Translations under genes and position numbers: made by a program | The notes under the pieces: model-generated | Databases searched by the model: none | What the model was told of the DNA's origin: nothing | The model's input: the letters and a program-made list of their open reading frames with translations, nothing else | Shown: piece after piece, positions 53,602-64,000 of the stretch | Position numbering within the stretch: position 1 is the first letter of the stretch | Layout of the letters: every line of letters begins with the position of its first letter | NCBI GenBank assembly: GCA_963707295.1 | Contig: CAVPPL010000012.1 | Coordinates: 488,066-552,065, forward strand | Reading direction: 5' to 3' | DNA from: an uncultured Planctomycetia bacterium | GTDB taxonomy: Bacteria; Planctomycetota; Planctomycetia; Pirellulales; Thermoguttaceae | DNA length: 64,000 nucleotides

Positions 53602-56131
53602 GTGTTTATCCGCCGCGCTGCCCTGTCGTTTCTTGTCCTGACTGCTTCACTATTCGTTTCCTCGGCCGACGCGGCCGTGGGCGGACGCCGAAGGAACGCG
53701 ACCGCGGCGGAGACCGAAGCCGCCGTTCACGCAGATGAAAACGTCAAGTTCGAGAACGAGCCGACAACCTCGCCCGGCAAGCTTTGCCTGTGGTACACGC
53801 GGCCGGCGAAGACGTGGACCGAGGCCCTGCCGGTCGGCAACGGCTATATGGGGGCGATGGTCTACGGCGGCGTGAACACGGAACATATCCAGTTCAATGA
53901 AGGCACCGTCTGGACCGGGCAGCCACACGACTACGCGCCACAAGGGCGCGGTCAAGTACCTGCCCGAAATCCGCCGGCTCTTGCAGGAAGGCCGCGCGGC
54001 GGAAATCGAAGCCCGGAAGCTCGATCCCGATCTGAAATCGCCCGAGGCGCGGGCGAAGATGCGCGTGGCCCAGTCGCGACAGCGCGAGGCCGAAGACCTG
54101 GCCGGCCGCGAGTTCATGAGCGAACCGCTGCATCAAAAGGCGTATCAGCCGCTGGGAGATTTGTGGATTGAGTTTCCGAAGGTTGAGACGGTGTCGGAAT
54201 ACCGGCGTTGGCTCAACCTTCAAAGTGCGTTTACCATCACCCGTTACCGAGTTGGCGATGTCACGTACACCCGCGCAATCGTTGCATCGCATCCCGGTAA
54301 TTTGGTTTTCATTACTATTGCCGCGTCGAAACCGGGCAAGCTCGACTGCACGATCCACCTCACAAGTCCACATAAGGACAATTCTGTATCGGTATCGTTC
54401 GGAGGCGACCGCACAACGCTTCGTGGTGAAGTGGAGCAAGGTGGCGTCGCATTCGAGGCCGTCGCACAGATCAATAATCTTGGCAACCGCGCGGCCAAGG
54501 TCTCCGTCGAAGGAAGCTCGATTCATGTCACCGGTGCCAATGCGATGGACTTGCGGCTTGTAGCGACCACGAGCTTCAAGAATTATCGCGAACTTGGAGG
54601 CGATCCCGGAGCGCAATGCGAAGAAGTTCTCCAGGCTGTGCCTAAGGAGCCGAATGATGTCCTACGAGCGCATTACTCCGACTACCATTCCCTCTTCAAC
54701 CGCGTCTCCCTCGACCTCGGCCACACCCCTGCATCGGACAAACCGACCAACATCCGCCTCCGCGACTTCCGCGATGGCAACGACCCCGACCTAGCCGCGC
54801 TCCTCTTCCAGTACGGCCGCTATCTGCTCATTTCCTCCAGCCGCGAGGGCGGGCAGCCGGCCAACTTGCAGGGCATCTGGAACGATTCGCTCAATCCGCC
54901 GTGGGACAGCAAGTACACCTGCAACATCAATACGGAAATGAACTACTGGCCCGCGCTGACCACGAATCTGGCCGAATGCCAGACGCCGCTGGACGACGCG
55001 ATCACCGACTTGACCCATACCGGCGCGGCGGTGGCCAAGGAACAATACGGCGCCCGCGGCTGGGTCACGCACCACAATTTCGATATCTGGCGGGGCGCGG
55101 CGCCGATCAACGCCAGCAACCACGGCATCTGGGTCGTCGGCGGGGCCTGGCTTTGCCAGCACCTTTGGGAACAATACCTGTTTACGGGCGATAAGAAGTT
55201 CCTTGCCGAAAAGGCCTATCCGGCCATGAAAGGGGCGTCGGAGTTCTTCCTCGATTTCCTCGTATAAGGACCCGCTCACCAGCTACCTGATCAGCGGCCC
55301 CTCGAACTCGCCCGAACAAGGCGGCCTGGTGATGGGCCCGACGATGGACCACGAGATCATCCGTAGCCTGTTCGCCAACACGGCCGCCGCCGCCCGTGAT
55401 TTGACGATCGACGTCGATTTCGCCGCCAAGCTCGACGAAACCCGCAAGCAGATCGCCCCGCACCACATCGGCCGCCACGGGCAGTTGCAGGAATGGCTGG
55501 AGGACAAGGACAATATCCGACGAACCAGCATCGCCACGTCTCGCATCTCTGGGCCATATTTCCCGGAGCGGATATCACTTGGCATGATTCCAGCTCCCTC
55601 CCTTCCGGGAGAGGGGCAGGGGGTGAGGGCCTGTTCGATGCCGCCCGGCAGTCGCTCATCTATCGCGGCGACGCGGCCACCGGCTGGAGCATGGGCTGGA
55701 AGGTCAACCTCTGGGCCCGCTTCCTGGACGGCGACCATGCCTACAAGATTTTGAACAATCTCCTCGTGCCCGTCGGCTCGATACCGGGCCAGGGCGGACT
55801 TTATCCGAATCTCTTCGACGCCCATCCGCCCTTCCAGATCGACGGCAACTTCGGCGCGACCGCCGGCATCGCGGAGATGCTCCTGCAGAGCCACACAGGC
55901 GAGGTCCAATTGCTGCCTGCGCTGCCCAGCGCGTGGCCCGACGGCAGCGTAAAGGGCCTGCGTGCGCGGGGCGGCTTCACGTTGGATATCACATGGAAGA
56001 AAGGCAAGCTGACCGGGGCGCGGATCACGTCGGATAACGGGAACCCGTTGCGAGTGCGCTATGGCGAGAAGGTGGTGGAGAAGAAGCTCGGTAAAGGCGG
56101 GGCGTTGCAACTCGATGGCGGGCTTAATTGA
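53602..56131 (+). CDS. GH95-like glycoside hydrolase (alpha-L-fucosidase family), about 3 frameshifts
   Basis: Signal peptide. [44 protein letters not shown] is the typical GH95 N-terminus. Other motifs: [73 protein letters not shown]. Frame changes lie near 53935, 55262 and 55520. Confidence 0.75.
55594..55630. repeat. REP family 1 copy inside the GH95 CDS (ctccctcccttccgggagaggggcagggggtgagggc)
   Basis: It has the same hairpin core and gggtgagggc tail as the copies at 2955-3023 and 3367-3397. It translates in frame as [14 protein letters not shown]. Confidence 0.65.
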
Positions 56132-56171
56132 GTGCGGGCGCGACGGTGTTGCGAACGCTACGATCAAAAGC

Positions 56172-56321
56172 CTCACGCAAAGTCGCAAAGGCGCGAAGGC
56201 GCAACGATTAGACAATAGGCGTTGCCGAACGAAAGAGGTCATTCTCCATATATCGGTATTAAATGGATAGATTGCTGGTAGTGGTTCCTTTGCGACTTTG
56301 CGGCTTGCGCCTTGGCGTGAG
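56172..56321. repeat. REP family 4, second inverted pair (ctcacgcaaagtcgcaaaggcgcgaaggcgcaacg / cctttgcgactttgcggcttgcgccttggcgtgag)
   Basis: The arms at 56172-56206 and 56287-56321 are complementary and related to 26349-26508. Confidence 0.6.
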
Positions 56322-56391
56322 ATTCAATTCTGTTTGCAACGGCAGAACTGGTTCGAAGTCTTTTGTATGAATTCCAATGAACGAGATTACC

Positions 56392-57021
56392 TCACGTCGT
56401 AGCGTGAGGAGTACGCCCCAGCACATACACCAGCGCCACGAAATCATACACTGCGTGCGCAACGATCGGCACGGCCAGATTGCCGGTGGCCAGGTAGAGC
56501 CAGCCGAGATAGACGCCGATGATCGCCGCCAGCACCGCGTAGGCGGCATTGACAGCGTGCAGCGCGCCGAAGAGGATTGCCACAACAATAATCGCCATCC
56601 AATCGCCCGCCAGCGCCGCGGCCGGCGTGTGCGGCAGGAAGTCGCCTGTCCATTGGGCGATTCCGGTTTGGAGCAAGCCGCGGAAGAGAAGCTCTTCGCC
56701 CAGCCCCGCGAGGAACGAAATCGCGGCAATCTCGACCCAATTGCACGTGCGGAAGAGCGGAACGACGACCTCATCGAGGACTCGCCACAAGTTTCGCACT
56801 GGCTGCCATGCAATCTGCCGGCACGCGAGCAACAGCGCCGCCAGCGGCAGCACGGCCGCTGTGCCCAAGGCGATGGCGGAGCCGTTTACCTTGATCTCCA
56901 GCCACGGCGTCTGGCTGGACATCCAGCCAAGTCCGATCGCTAGCGCCGCCAGCCCCGCCTCGAAGAGCGCGGCTTGGAGTGGAAAGTACGGAACCGACAC
57001 CGGTTTTTCGTTCGTATCCAT
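56392..57021 (-). CDS. CPBP family intramembrane glutamic endopeptidase (CAAX protease-like)
   Basis: GLGEELLFRGLLQ, ILFGALHAVN and VPIVAHAVYDF are the three CPBP motifs, with multiple TM segments. The ATG at 57021 (MDTNEKP) is preferred. Confidence 0.8.
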   Translation of the reverse strand: MDTNEKPVSVPYFPLQAALFEAGLAALAIGLGWMSSQTPWLEIKVNGSAIALGTAAVLPLAALLLACRQIAWQPVRNLWRVLDEVVVPLFRTCNWVEIAAISFLAGLGEELLFRGLLQTGIAQWTGDFLPHTPAAALAGDWMAIIVVAILFGALHAVNAAYAVLAAIIGVYLGWLYLATGNLAVPIVAHAVYDFVALVYVLGRTPHATT

Positions 57022-57217
57022 GCGAGAAGTATGCGGCAAAACAATCGATTTGCCGCCTTTTAGATTTTTATTTTATATAACCGCCCAAAGGATGCGCTCG
57101 ACAGCTCGTTCTGCTTTTTAACATGGCCTCGACATGCCTTTGATTATTGACGATCGCCCCGCCCACCGATAGACTAACACGTTTCGACCGTCCGGCAAAT
57201 CAATAAGGATAAAAACC

Positions 57218-60020
57218 ATGTCAACTGCAGTTCTCGCGCCCGGTAGCCACACGCCGGACGAAGTGGCCACGAAATACGTCTATAGCTTCGGTCCTTGGGG
57301 GGCTGAAGGCAACCAGAATATGAAGAACAGCCTGGGCGGCAAGGGGGCCAACCTGGCGGAGATGTGCCACCTGAAGCTGCCCGTGCCCGCCGGATTCACC
57401 ATCAGCACCGAGTTCTGCACGGTCTACCTCCAGGAGGGCAAGCAGTTCTCCGAGTCGCTCCAAGCGACGAGGTCGACGACGGCCCTGCGCCAAGACCGAA
57501 GAGGCGATGGGCATGAAGTACGGCGACCCGGAAAACCCCCTGCTTGTTGTCCTGCCGCAGCGGCGCCCGCAAGTCGATGCCCGGCATGATGGAAACCGTC
57601 TTGAACGTCGGCCTCTGCCCGGCGACGATCCCGGGCTGGTGAAGAAGTCGGGCAACGAGCGGTTCGTCTACGACGCCTACCGCCGGCTGATCATGATGTA
57701 CTCCGACGTGGTGATGGAGAAGGCCGAGGACATCGAGCCGGCCGAGGGCAAGGGCATCCGCGTGCAGCTTGAGCACATCATGGCCAAGCTGAAGAAGGCC
57801 AAGAAGGCTACAAGTCCGACACCGACCTGACGGCCGACGACCTGAAGAAGCTCTGCGAGCGAGTTCAAGAAGAAGGTCAAGGAAGTCCTCGGCAACGAGT
57901 TTCCCGGACGATCCGCAAGGAGCAGCTTTGGGGCGCGATCGGCGCGGTGTTCAAGAGCTGGCACGGCACGCCGGGCCGTCTCCTATCGCCAGATCGAGGG
58001 CATTCCCGAGCGAATGGGGCACCGCCTGCAACGTGCAGAGCATGGTCTTCGGCAACATGGGCGACACCTCGGCCACCGGCGTGGCCTTCAGCCGCAACCC
58101 GGCCACCGGCGAGAACAAGTTCTACGGCGAATGGCTCGTCAACGCCCAGGGCGAAGACGTGGTGGCCGGCATCCGCACGCCCAATCCCCTTCAACGAGGC
58201 GACCAAGAACGAGCAGAACAAGCACCTGCCCTCGCTGGAAACCGAGCATGCCGGGCCTGTACAAGCGAACTCGACGACATCCGCACGCAAGCTGGAGCAG
58301 CACTACCACGACATGCAGGACATCGAGTTCACGATCCAGGAAGGCAAGCTCTACATGCTCCAGTGCCGCAACGGCAAGCGGACCGGCACCGCGGCCTTGA
58401 ACATGGCGATGGACATGCTCGCACGAGAGGCTGATCGACGAGCAGACGGCCGTGACGCGCGTCGAGCCGGCCCAGTTGGACGAGCTGCTGCACCCGATCA
58501 TCGACCCGGCCGCCGAGAAGAAGGCCGAGGCGATCGTTTCCGGCCTGCCGGCCGGGCCGGGCGGGGCCTGCGGCAAGATCGTGCTTCACCTCGGCCGAGG
58601 CCGTGGAGTGGGCCAAGCAGGGCGAGAAGGTGATCCTCGTCCGCGAAGAGACCAACCCCGAGGACGTCGAAGGCATGCGTGCGGCCGAGGGCATCCTCAC
58701 CGCCCGCGGCGGCATGACCAGCCACGCGGCCCTGGTGGCCCGCGGCTGGGGCAAGTGCTGCATCGTCGGCGCCGGCGACGCTGAAGATCGACCTCGGCGC
58801 CAAGACGGCTGACGGTCGGGCGAGTGAAGCTCAAGGAAGGCGACGTGATCACGCTCAACGGCACCAAGGGCAAGGTCTACCAGGGCGCCCTGGCGATGAT
58901 CGACGCCACCGAGAACCCGCGCTTCCAGGAGTTCATGAAGATGGTCGACAAGTTCCGCACGATGGGCGTGCGCACCAACGCCGACACGCCCGAGGACGCC
59001 AAGCGTCGCCCGCGAGTTCGGCGCCGAGGGCATCGGCCTGTTCCGCACCGAGCACATGTTCTACGGCAAGGGCTCGGACGAGCCGCTGTTCCTCCTGCGG
59101 AAGATGATCGTCTCGAGCCAAGCACGGTCAGAGGAGCGCCGAAGGCACGGCGCGTGGCAACGAGCTGTTCCCCTTCGTCAAGCGCGACATCAAGGGCACG
59201 ATGGAGGCGATGGACGGCCTGCCGGTCACGATCCGCCTGCTTGGATCCGCCGCTGCACGAGTTCGTGCCGCAGGACCCGAGGCCGAGCAGGCGGAACTGG
59301 CCGCGGCGCTGGGCATCACGGCCGGCCGACGTCAAGAAGCGCGGCGAGGACCTGCACGAGACCAACCCCATGATGGGCCATCGCGGCGTCCGCCTGGGCA
59401 TCACCTATCCCGAAGTGACCGAGATGCAGATCCGGGCGATCTTCGAGGCGGCCGCCGAGCTGATCAAGGCCGGCAAGACGCCAAGCCCGAGATCATGGTG
59501 CCCGGTCACCTGCGACGTGAAGGAACTCGACGTGACCAAGGTGATCGTCGACCGCGTGCAAGCCGGAAGTCGAAGGAGCAGACGGGCGTCGACGTGCACT
59601 ACCTCTACGGCACGATGATCGAGATTCCCCGGGCCTGCCTGCTGGCCGACCGCATGGCCAAGACGGCCGCAGTTCTTCTCCTTCGGCACCAACGACCTGA
59701 CGCAGATGACGCTTCGGCTTCAGCCGCGACGACATCGGCGGCTTCCTGCCCGACTACCTGAAGACAGGACATCCTCGAGGCCGATCCGTTCCAGACGATC
59801 GACCAGGACGGCGTGGGCCAGTTGATCAAGATGGCGGTCGAGCAAGGGCCGCGCCACGCGGCACGACCTGAAGATCGGCATCTGCGGCGAGCAGGGCGGC
59901 GATCCGGCCTCGTCGAGTTCTGCTTCAAGCGCGGGCTGAACTACGTCAGTTGCTCGCCCGTACCGCGTGCCGATCGCCCGGCTGGCCGCGGCCCACGCGG
60001 CGATTAAGGCGAAGAAGTAG
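57218..60020 (+). CDS. ppdK: pyruvate, phosphate dikinase, 10 or more frameshifts as written
   Basis: KYVYSFG...[34 protein letters not shown] is the canonical PPDK N-terminus. Other motifs: [52 protein letters not shown] (phospho-His region), [43 protein letters not shown]. The fragments lie in all three frames and the stop is at 60018-60020. Confidence 0.9.
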
Positions 60021-60074
60021 GGGCGAAGGGTGGAACTCACGCGAGTTTTTTGAGGATCCGTGCAAGCCAGAAGT

Positions 60075-60118
60075 GGCCGTGAGAGGGAGGGCCGCAAGCC
60101 TTTCTCCCTCTCATGGCC
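60075..60118. terminator. hairpin between convergent ppdK and kinase genes (possible bidirectional terminator)
   Basis: ggccgtgagagggag - 14-nt loop - ctccctctcatggcc, with 14 of 15 positions complementary. A weaker aactc/gagtt stem followed by a T6 tract lies at about 60036-60056. Confidence 0.35.
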
Positions 60119-60159
60119 GCGTGATCATCAGGCTAATGCTCGCCGCGATTGCTATTTGC

Positions 60160-61065
60160 TCAGAAGACCACGCCTTCCAAGTCATGCGCGCGTTTCACCG
60201 CATCAAAAAATACGCCCTGCCATGCAATGATGAGCTTCCCGGCGCTGTCACGTTTCTCCGGGTCGGGAACGAGCATATTCTCAATAAGATTCACGATGGG
60301 TTCACCGAGCGCCCCTTGAATTCCGGCGAGCCGATTCAGTTTAACCGGATCGGCAAAATCCTCATGTGGCAGAAGCGGATTCTTGCCAGTAAACAGTTCT
60401 GCAACGACGAGTCGCAACTGAAAAACGTCGGATTTCGGAGTTATCGGTCCTTCACGCTTGTAGTAGGTGACGAGGTCTGGCGTCCGGTAGTGCCGCGGCA
60501 TGCCGGGGCCCACGCTTTCTTTGAGAACCACCCGATCCGGTTCGTCGGGCGACAGCATTCGCTTCATTAGCCCAAAATCTCCCAAGACGCACGAGTGCCC
60601 CTTAAGGAACGTGTTTTCCGGCTTGATGTCGCGATGGACGACCGCGGGCGAAAGATTCGCCAAGTAGTCCAATGCGGACAGGAGTTGAAGAGTGTATGCG
60701 ATCTTGTGCGTGATCGGCTTTTTGGCGTACGCGATCACGGAGCCGAGCGTTTCCGGCAAATACTCGGCAACAACAAACGGGTAGCTTTCATTGTAGATGC
60801 CGCGGTCGAAAACACGCATAATGCTCGGATGCTCGCAGTTCTCGAGAAAGCGGATTTCATCGAGAAAGGAAGCCCGGCGGTCTGCCTTGGCCAGACGACG
60901 AAAGACCTTGAGTGCAAATGGAACGCCTTTCGCGCTTCCGGAGGTGGCCACAACCAGAAAGGCATCGGCGTTCCCGCCGGCACCAAGACGCTGAATGACA
61001 CGGTACAATACACCGCTTGCCGCAGAAACGTCCTCACCGATGCCAAGAGTAAGCAAGTCGGCCAT
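60160..61065 (-). CDS. minimal Ser/Thr protein kinase (Hanks type), 301 aa
   Basis: LGAGGNADAF (Gly-rich loop), FALKVF (VAIK-like Lys), VVHRDIKPENTFL (catalytic loop), LGDFGL (DFG), and a PDPEKRDSA-type C-lobe. The ORF is intact, has no extra domains and lies in a lower-G+C stretch. Confidence 0.8.
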   Translation of the reverse strand: MADLLTLGIGEDVSAASGVLYRVIQRLGAGGNADAFLVVATSGSAKGVPFALKVFRRLAKADRRASFLDEIRFLENCEHPSIMRVFDRGIYNESYPFVVAEYLPETLGSVIAYAKKPITHKIAYTLQLLSALDYLANLSPAVVHRDIKPENTFLKGHSCVLGDFGLMKRMLSPDEPDRVVLKESVGPGMPRHYRTPDLVTYYKREGPITPKSDVFQLRLVVAELFTGKNPLLPHEDFADPVKLNRLAGIQGALGEPIVNLIENMLVPDPEKRDSAGKLIIAWQGVFFDAVKRAHDLEGVVF

Positions 61066-61089
61066 GGCATCAAGCTCCGGCGAGGCACT

Positions 61090-61356
61090 TTACGAAGCGG
61101 GCTGCGGCTGCAGGACGCGACGATGAAACCACGGAGGTCCAGGATTGTCAAGGTTGAGACCCCAGACTAATTCCCCACTCCGAAACAAATCATGCCAGAT
61201 ATTTAAGAGCTCCTGCTCCTGGTCCTTCTCGCCACGTATGCCGAGCCTTTCCGCGGCGACGCGAAGGACGACGCTTTGTTGCGCGAACCCAGCTCCTCGG
61301 CGAATAGCACCGTCCACTTCCTCAAGCAACACGGTTCTCAGATCTTCTGACTGCAT
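61090..61356 (-). CDS. hypothetical small protein upstream of the kinase (88 aa)
   Basis: ATG at 61356 within ORF 61090..61473. It ends 24 nt before the kinase start, on the same strand. No recognisable motif. Confidence 0.4.
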   Translation of the reverse strand: MQSEDLRTVLLEEVDGAIRRGAGFAQQSVVLRVAAERLGIRGEKDQEQELLNIWHDLFRSGELVWGLNLDNPGPPWFHRRVLQPQPAS

Positions 61357-61695
61357 TTTCAGTACCCTTGTAGAAACAAAGCGCGGCCGTGAATGCCCTA
61401 TTATAGCATATACACGGCCTGGAAAACCGACGATTTGGCCAGTGACGTCAGTTAGCTGTACTCGCCCCGGCACGGATTTGGCTGAGCCTAAACGTCAGTT
61501 GGCCAAACTTCCTTGTCGCGGATGTTTCGGCAAACTTGACATAGCCGTGGCCGTCGCCCGCACTTTGCCTATGGCGCACGCGCACCACCGCACAGTCCAG
61601 TCAGCCCCTAGATCCCCAGCGCGGTTCTTGCACTAACGAAAACTAGGGAAGAGACGGTTCACAACGAATTCTTCATTCTTCCCAGTATGGCCGAT

Positions 61696-62079
61696 TCACC
61701 AGCGGAAATAAAGAGCCGAGATTAGGGATTCGCTCTGGCGCAGGTCAAAAGCGCGATCGTGGACGCGAATCTGAACGACCGGCTCGCGATCGGCGCTGAC
61801 CGTTCCAGTAATCACCGGTCTCTCCGCGGCGCCGAATCGTCGGGTAGAGGGGTAGCCAATGCGGATCATCCATGTCTGCGCGTCGGGAAGACGCTGGCGA
61901 AGGCGGTCACCCGCCGCCGCGCGATCGGCGTCCATTTCCCAGGCGCCCGTCTCAATGTCAATCGCGACGAACTTGCCCTTATTGCCGGCCTCTACCTGCG
62001 CGCGAATCTCGCGCTCGTAGAGTTCCTTGCCCCGCTGGGCGAATTCTTCCTTGGGGTAGCGACGTTGGCGAATTGCCAT
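61696..62079 (-). pseudogene. remnant: small retropepsin-partner-like gene fused to the first ~30 codons of a clan AA protease
   Basis: MAIRQRRYPKEEFAQRGKELYEREIRAQVEAGNKGKFVAIDIETGAWEMD...WMIRIGYPSTRRFG resembles the small partner genes. The tail PVITGTVSADREPVVQIRVHD resembles a retropepsin N-terminus but stops before any DTG motif. This is interpretation by eye. Confidence 0.4.
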
Positions 62080-62245
62080 TTTTCCTCCCTTCCGAACGAA
62101 ATCGAGTCCACATGGTCCCACCGTTCAATTATATGCCAAACGGGACACCAATGGTTATGGTTTTGCTGCAAAGCCGGCGATGTTCTTCTGCTGGCGCGAA
62201 GCCGGTGCGGTTGACAGTGGCCGGGAAGAAGTGAAAAATGGACGT

Positions 62246-62530
62246 ATGAAGAAGATCGTTTCCTTAAGAGTACTTGAGGACTACCGGGTCTGGCTGCGGT
62301 TCGACGATGGGGTCGAAGGGATAGCCAACCTTTCAGAGTTGGTGGGCCGAGGTGTCTTTGCAGCTTGGCGCGACTACGTTTTCTTCCGCCGCGCCTTCGT
62401 GGCCGACTACGGCTCGCTGACGTGGCCCGGCGAATTGGATCTCTGTCCGGACGCACTCTGGTTGCAGATTACGCGGAAGCAACCGGAAGACTTGTTTCCC
62501 AACCTGAAAGCCCTTGCCGACGATGCCTGA
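62246..62530 (+). CDS. DUF2442 domain protein
   Basis: MKKIVSLRVLEDYRVWLRFDDGVEGIANLSELVGRGVFAAWRD...WPGELDLCPDALW is the DUF2442 pattern. Confidence 0.7.
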   Translation: MKKIVSLRVLEDYRVWLRFDDGVEGIANLSELVGRGVFAAWRDYVFFRRAFVADYGSLTWPGELDLCPDALWLQITRKQPEDLFPNLKALADDA

Positions 62531-62782
62531 AGTCAGCCGCTTTCTCGGCATAGTGGTCCGTTTCAATTACAACGACCATTTACCCCCGCACTTTCACGCG
62601 GAATACGCTGAGCATCAGGCAAGATCGCCATTGGCTCGCACGCGCTTCTCCGGGGCCAATTGCCCGGTAGGGTGCTGGGTTTGGTGCAGGAATGGTCTGA
62701 ACTGCACCGCGATGAACTCGAGCTATGTTGGGAACAGGCCCGGCGCGGCGAAGTGCCCGCAAAGATTCCGCCGCTCGTTTAG
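62523..62782 (+). CDS. DUF4160 domain protein, one frameshift
   Basis: MPEVSRFLGIVVRFNYNDHLPPHFHAEYAEHQA is the DUF4160 signature. After about 62618 the protein-like reading (IAIGSHALLRGQLPGRVLGLVQEWSELHRDELELCWEQARRGEVPAKIPPLV*) is in another frame and stops at 62780-62782. Confidence 0.7.
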
Positions 62783-62846
62783 AAGTGGAATCGAATTATA
62801 ATGGGTGCGTAGAGCTTGCAGCAAACCCCCAAAGGGACACTGACGA

Positions 62847-63863
62847 ATGCCCCAACCGCGCACCTTCCTCCCCGCCGACGATGCCCAAGCCCCGATCTTC
62901 GTCGGCATCGATGTCGGCGGGACGAATATCAAGCTCGGCCTGGTCGATGACCTCGGCCGACCGCTGGCTTGGAATTCCATTCCCACGGTCAGCAGCAACG
63001 GTCCCGAAGAGACCGCCCGGCGGATGGGCACGGCCGTTCGAGCGATGATCGCCGCCGCTGGGCTCAAGTCGCAGGACATCGCCGGTGTCGGCCTGGGGCT
63101 GCCGGGCATTCTCGACATCCCCGGCGGGCGGATCATCCGCGTCGTCAACATGAAGTGCTGGGACGGCTTTCCCGTCCGCGATCGCGTCGCCTGGCACTGC
63201 GGCCTGCCCGCCGCTATGGCCAACGACGCCGACGCTGCCGCCTACGGCGAGTTCTGGGCCGGTTCCGGCCGCGGCTTCAACAGCATGGCGCTGCTCACGC
63301 TGGGCACCGGCATCGGCTGCGGCATCGTGCTGGGCAATCGCGTGCTCAGCGGCGAACACAGCTACGGCGGCGAATGCGGCCATATGATCATCGACTGCAA
63401 CCCGATCGCTCGCATGTGCGGCTGCGGCCGCCGCGGCCACCTGGAGGCCTATGCCAGCGCCACCGCCGTCATTCAGCGGACGCAAGAGGCGATGAACAGC
63501 GGCCGCGACACGTCGCTCGCCGCGGGCGCGACGCTCACGCCCGAACTGCTCTGCAAGGAGGCGGAAAAGGGCGACGCCCTCAGCCTGGAACTCATCGACG
63601 AAACGGCCGATTATCTCGCGGCGGGCGTCGTCAATCTGATGCACACTGTCGATCCCAGCGGCATCTTGCTGGGCGGGGCGATGACCTTCGGCGGCGCGGA
63701 GAACGAGGTCGGCCGCCGCTTCCTCGATCGCGTCCGCGCCCAGGTCCAAGTCCGCTCGTTTGATATCCTCTCCAGCCAGACGGTAATCGACTTCGCCTCG
63801 CTCGGCGGCGACGCGGGCTTCATCGGCGCGGCGGGAATCATGCGGTTGAAACTTGAAGGTTAG
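62847..63863 (+). CDS. glk: ROK family glucokinase
   Basis: IFVGIDVGGTNIKLGLVD, ANDADAAAYGEFWAG, LTLGTGIGCGIVL and GECGHMIIDCNPIARMCGCGRRGHLEAY (ROK zinc motif). The ORF is intact. Confidence 0.85.
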   Translation: MPQPRTFLPADDAQAPIFVGIDVGGTNIKLGLVDDLGRPLAWNSIPTVSSNGPEETARRMGTAVRAMIAAAGLKSQDIAGVGLGLPGILDIPGGRIIRVVNMKCWDGFPVRDRVAWHCGLPAAMANDADAAAYGEFWAGSGRGFNSMALLTLGTGIGCGIVLGNRVLSGEHSYGGECGHMIIDCNPIARMCGCGRRGHLEAYASATAVIQRTQEAMNSGRDTSLAAGATLTPELLCKEAEKGDALSLELIDETADYLAAGVVNLMHTVDPSGILLGGAMTFGGAENEVGRRFLDRVRAQVQVRSFDILSSQTVIDFASLGGDAGFIGAAGIMRLKLEG

Positions 63864-64000
63864 GCATCAACCATCGCCAATTCGTGGTAAACCGTCTCCA
63901 CCACGTCGGCGTCGATGCTCTGCAAGTGTCGGCCCGCGCCGGCCACGAGCGAAAGGTCGGCCAGCAGCCGCACCTGCCGCGGCACGCCGTGCGAGAGCTC
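63860..64000 (-). CDS. C-terminal fragment of a gene entering from the right edge (ExeA/AAA-ATPase-like tail, tentative)
   Basis: The reverse strand reads ELSHGVPRQVRLLADLSLVAGAGRHLQSIDADVVETVYHELAMVDA*. The G-x-PR-x-(I/V) pattern resembles ExeA-type ATPase C-termini. The stop overlaps the glk stop. Confidence 0.3.
   Translation of the reverse strand, partial: ELSHGVPRQVRLLADLSLVAGAGRHLQSIDADVVETVYHELAMVDA

Overview
High-G+C chromosomal segment. Its gene content fits a Planctomycetota (Pirellulales-like) genome: a DUF1559 prepilin-type protein, a giant surface protein with an N-terminal LRIESLENRRLLS motif, and many families of palindromic intergenic repeats. This assignment is inference. 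Recognisable housekeeping genes are uvrA, hpf-ptsN-ptsH-ptsI, an Rne/Rng RNase, rnhA, speD-speE, pepF, ppdK, a ROK glucokinase, GH3 (bglX-like) and GH95 glycosidases, a CPBP protease and an NCS1-type permease. No rRNA, tRNA or CRISPR array was found by eye. As written, many conserved genes are broken by frameshifts. The breaks are strongly clustered: ptsI, the RNase, pepF and ppdK carry roughly one indel per 100-250 bp, while neighbouring genes are intact. This most likely reflects consensus indel errors, so I report these genes as CDS with caveats rather than as pseudogenes. Two IS elements have visible terminal inverted repeats, and one also has a perfect 9-bp target-site duplication. At least seven palindromic repeat families are present, and three copies sit in frame inside coding sequences. 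Three stretches look clearly lower in G+C by eye and carry accessory genes. (1) 27.9-31.7 kb holds a retropepsin module next to an operon encoding a degenerate-trypsin-fold/CHAT (caspase-like) protease and a small C-terminally membrane-anchored protein. This is my best candidate for an undescribed protease-controlled membrane-effector (defence-like) system. (2) 15.5-17.0 kb holds RhuM and a hypothetical gene embedded in a same-strand gene string: giant adhesin-like protein, TssK, TssL/DotU, hypothetical, RhuM, orphan GspF-like platform protein, small membrane protein. (3) 60.0-62.8 kb holds a minimal Ser/Thr kinase with a small upstream partner, a retropepsin-module remnant and a DUF2442/DUF4160 pair. 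All domain calls come from motif recognition by eye and no searches were run.
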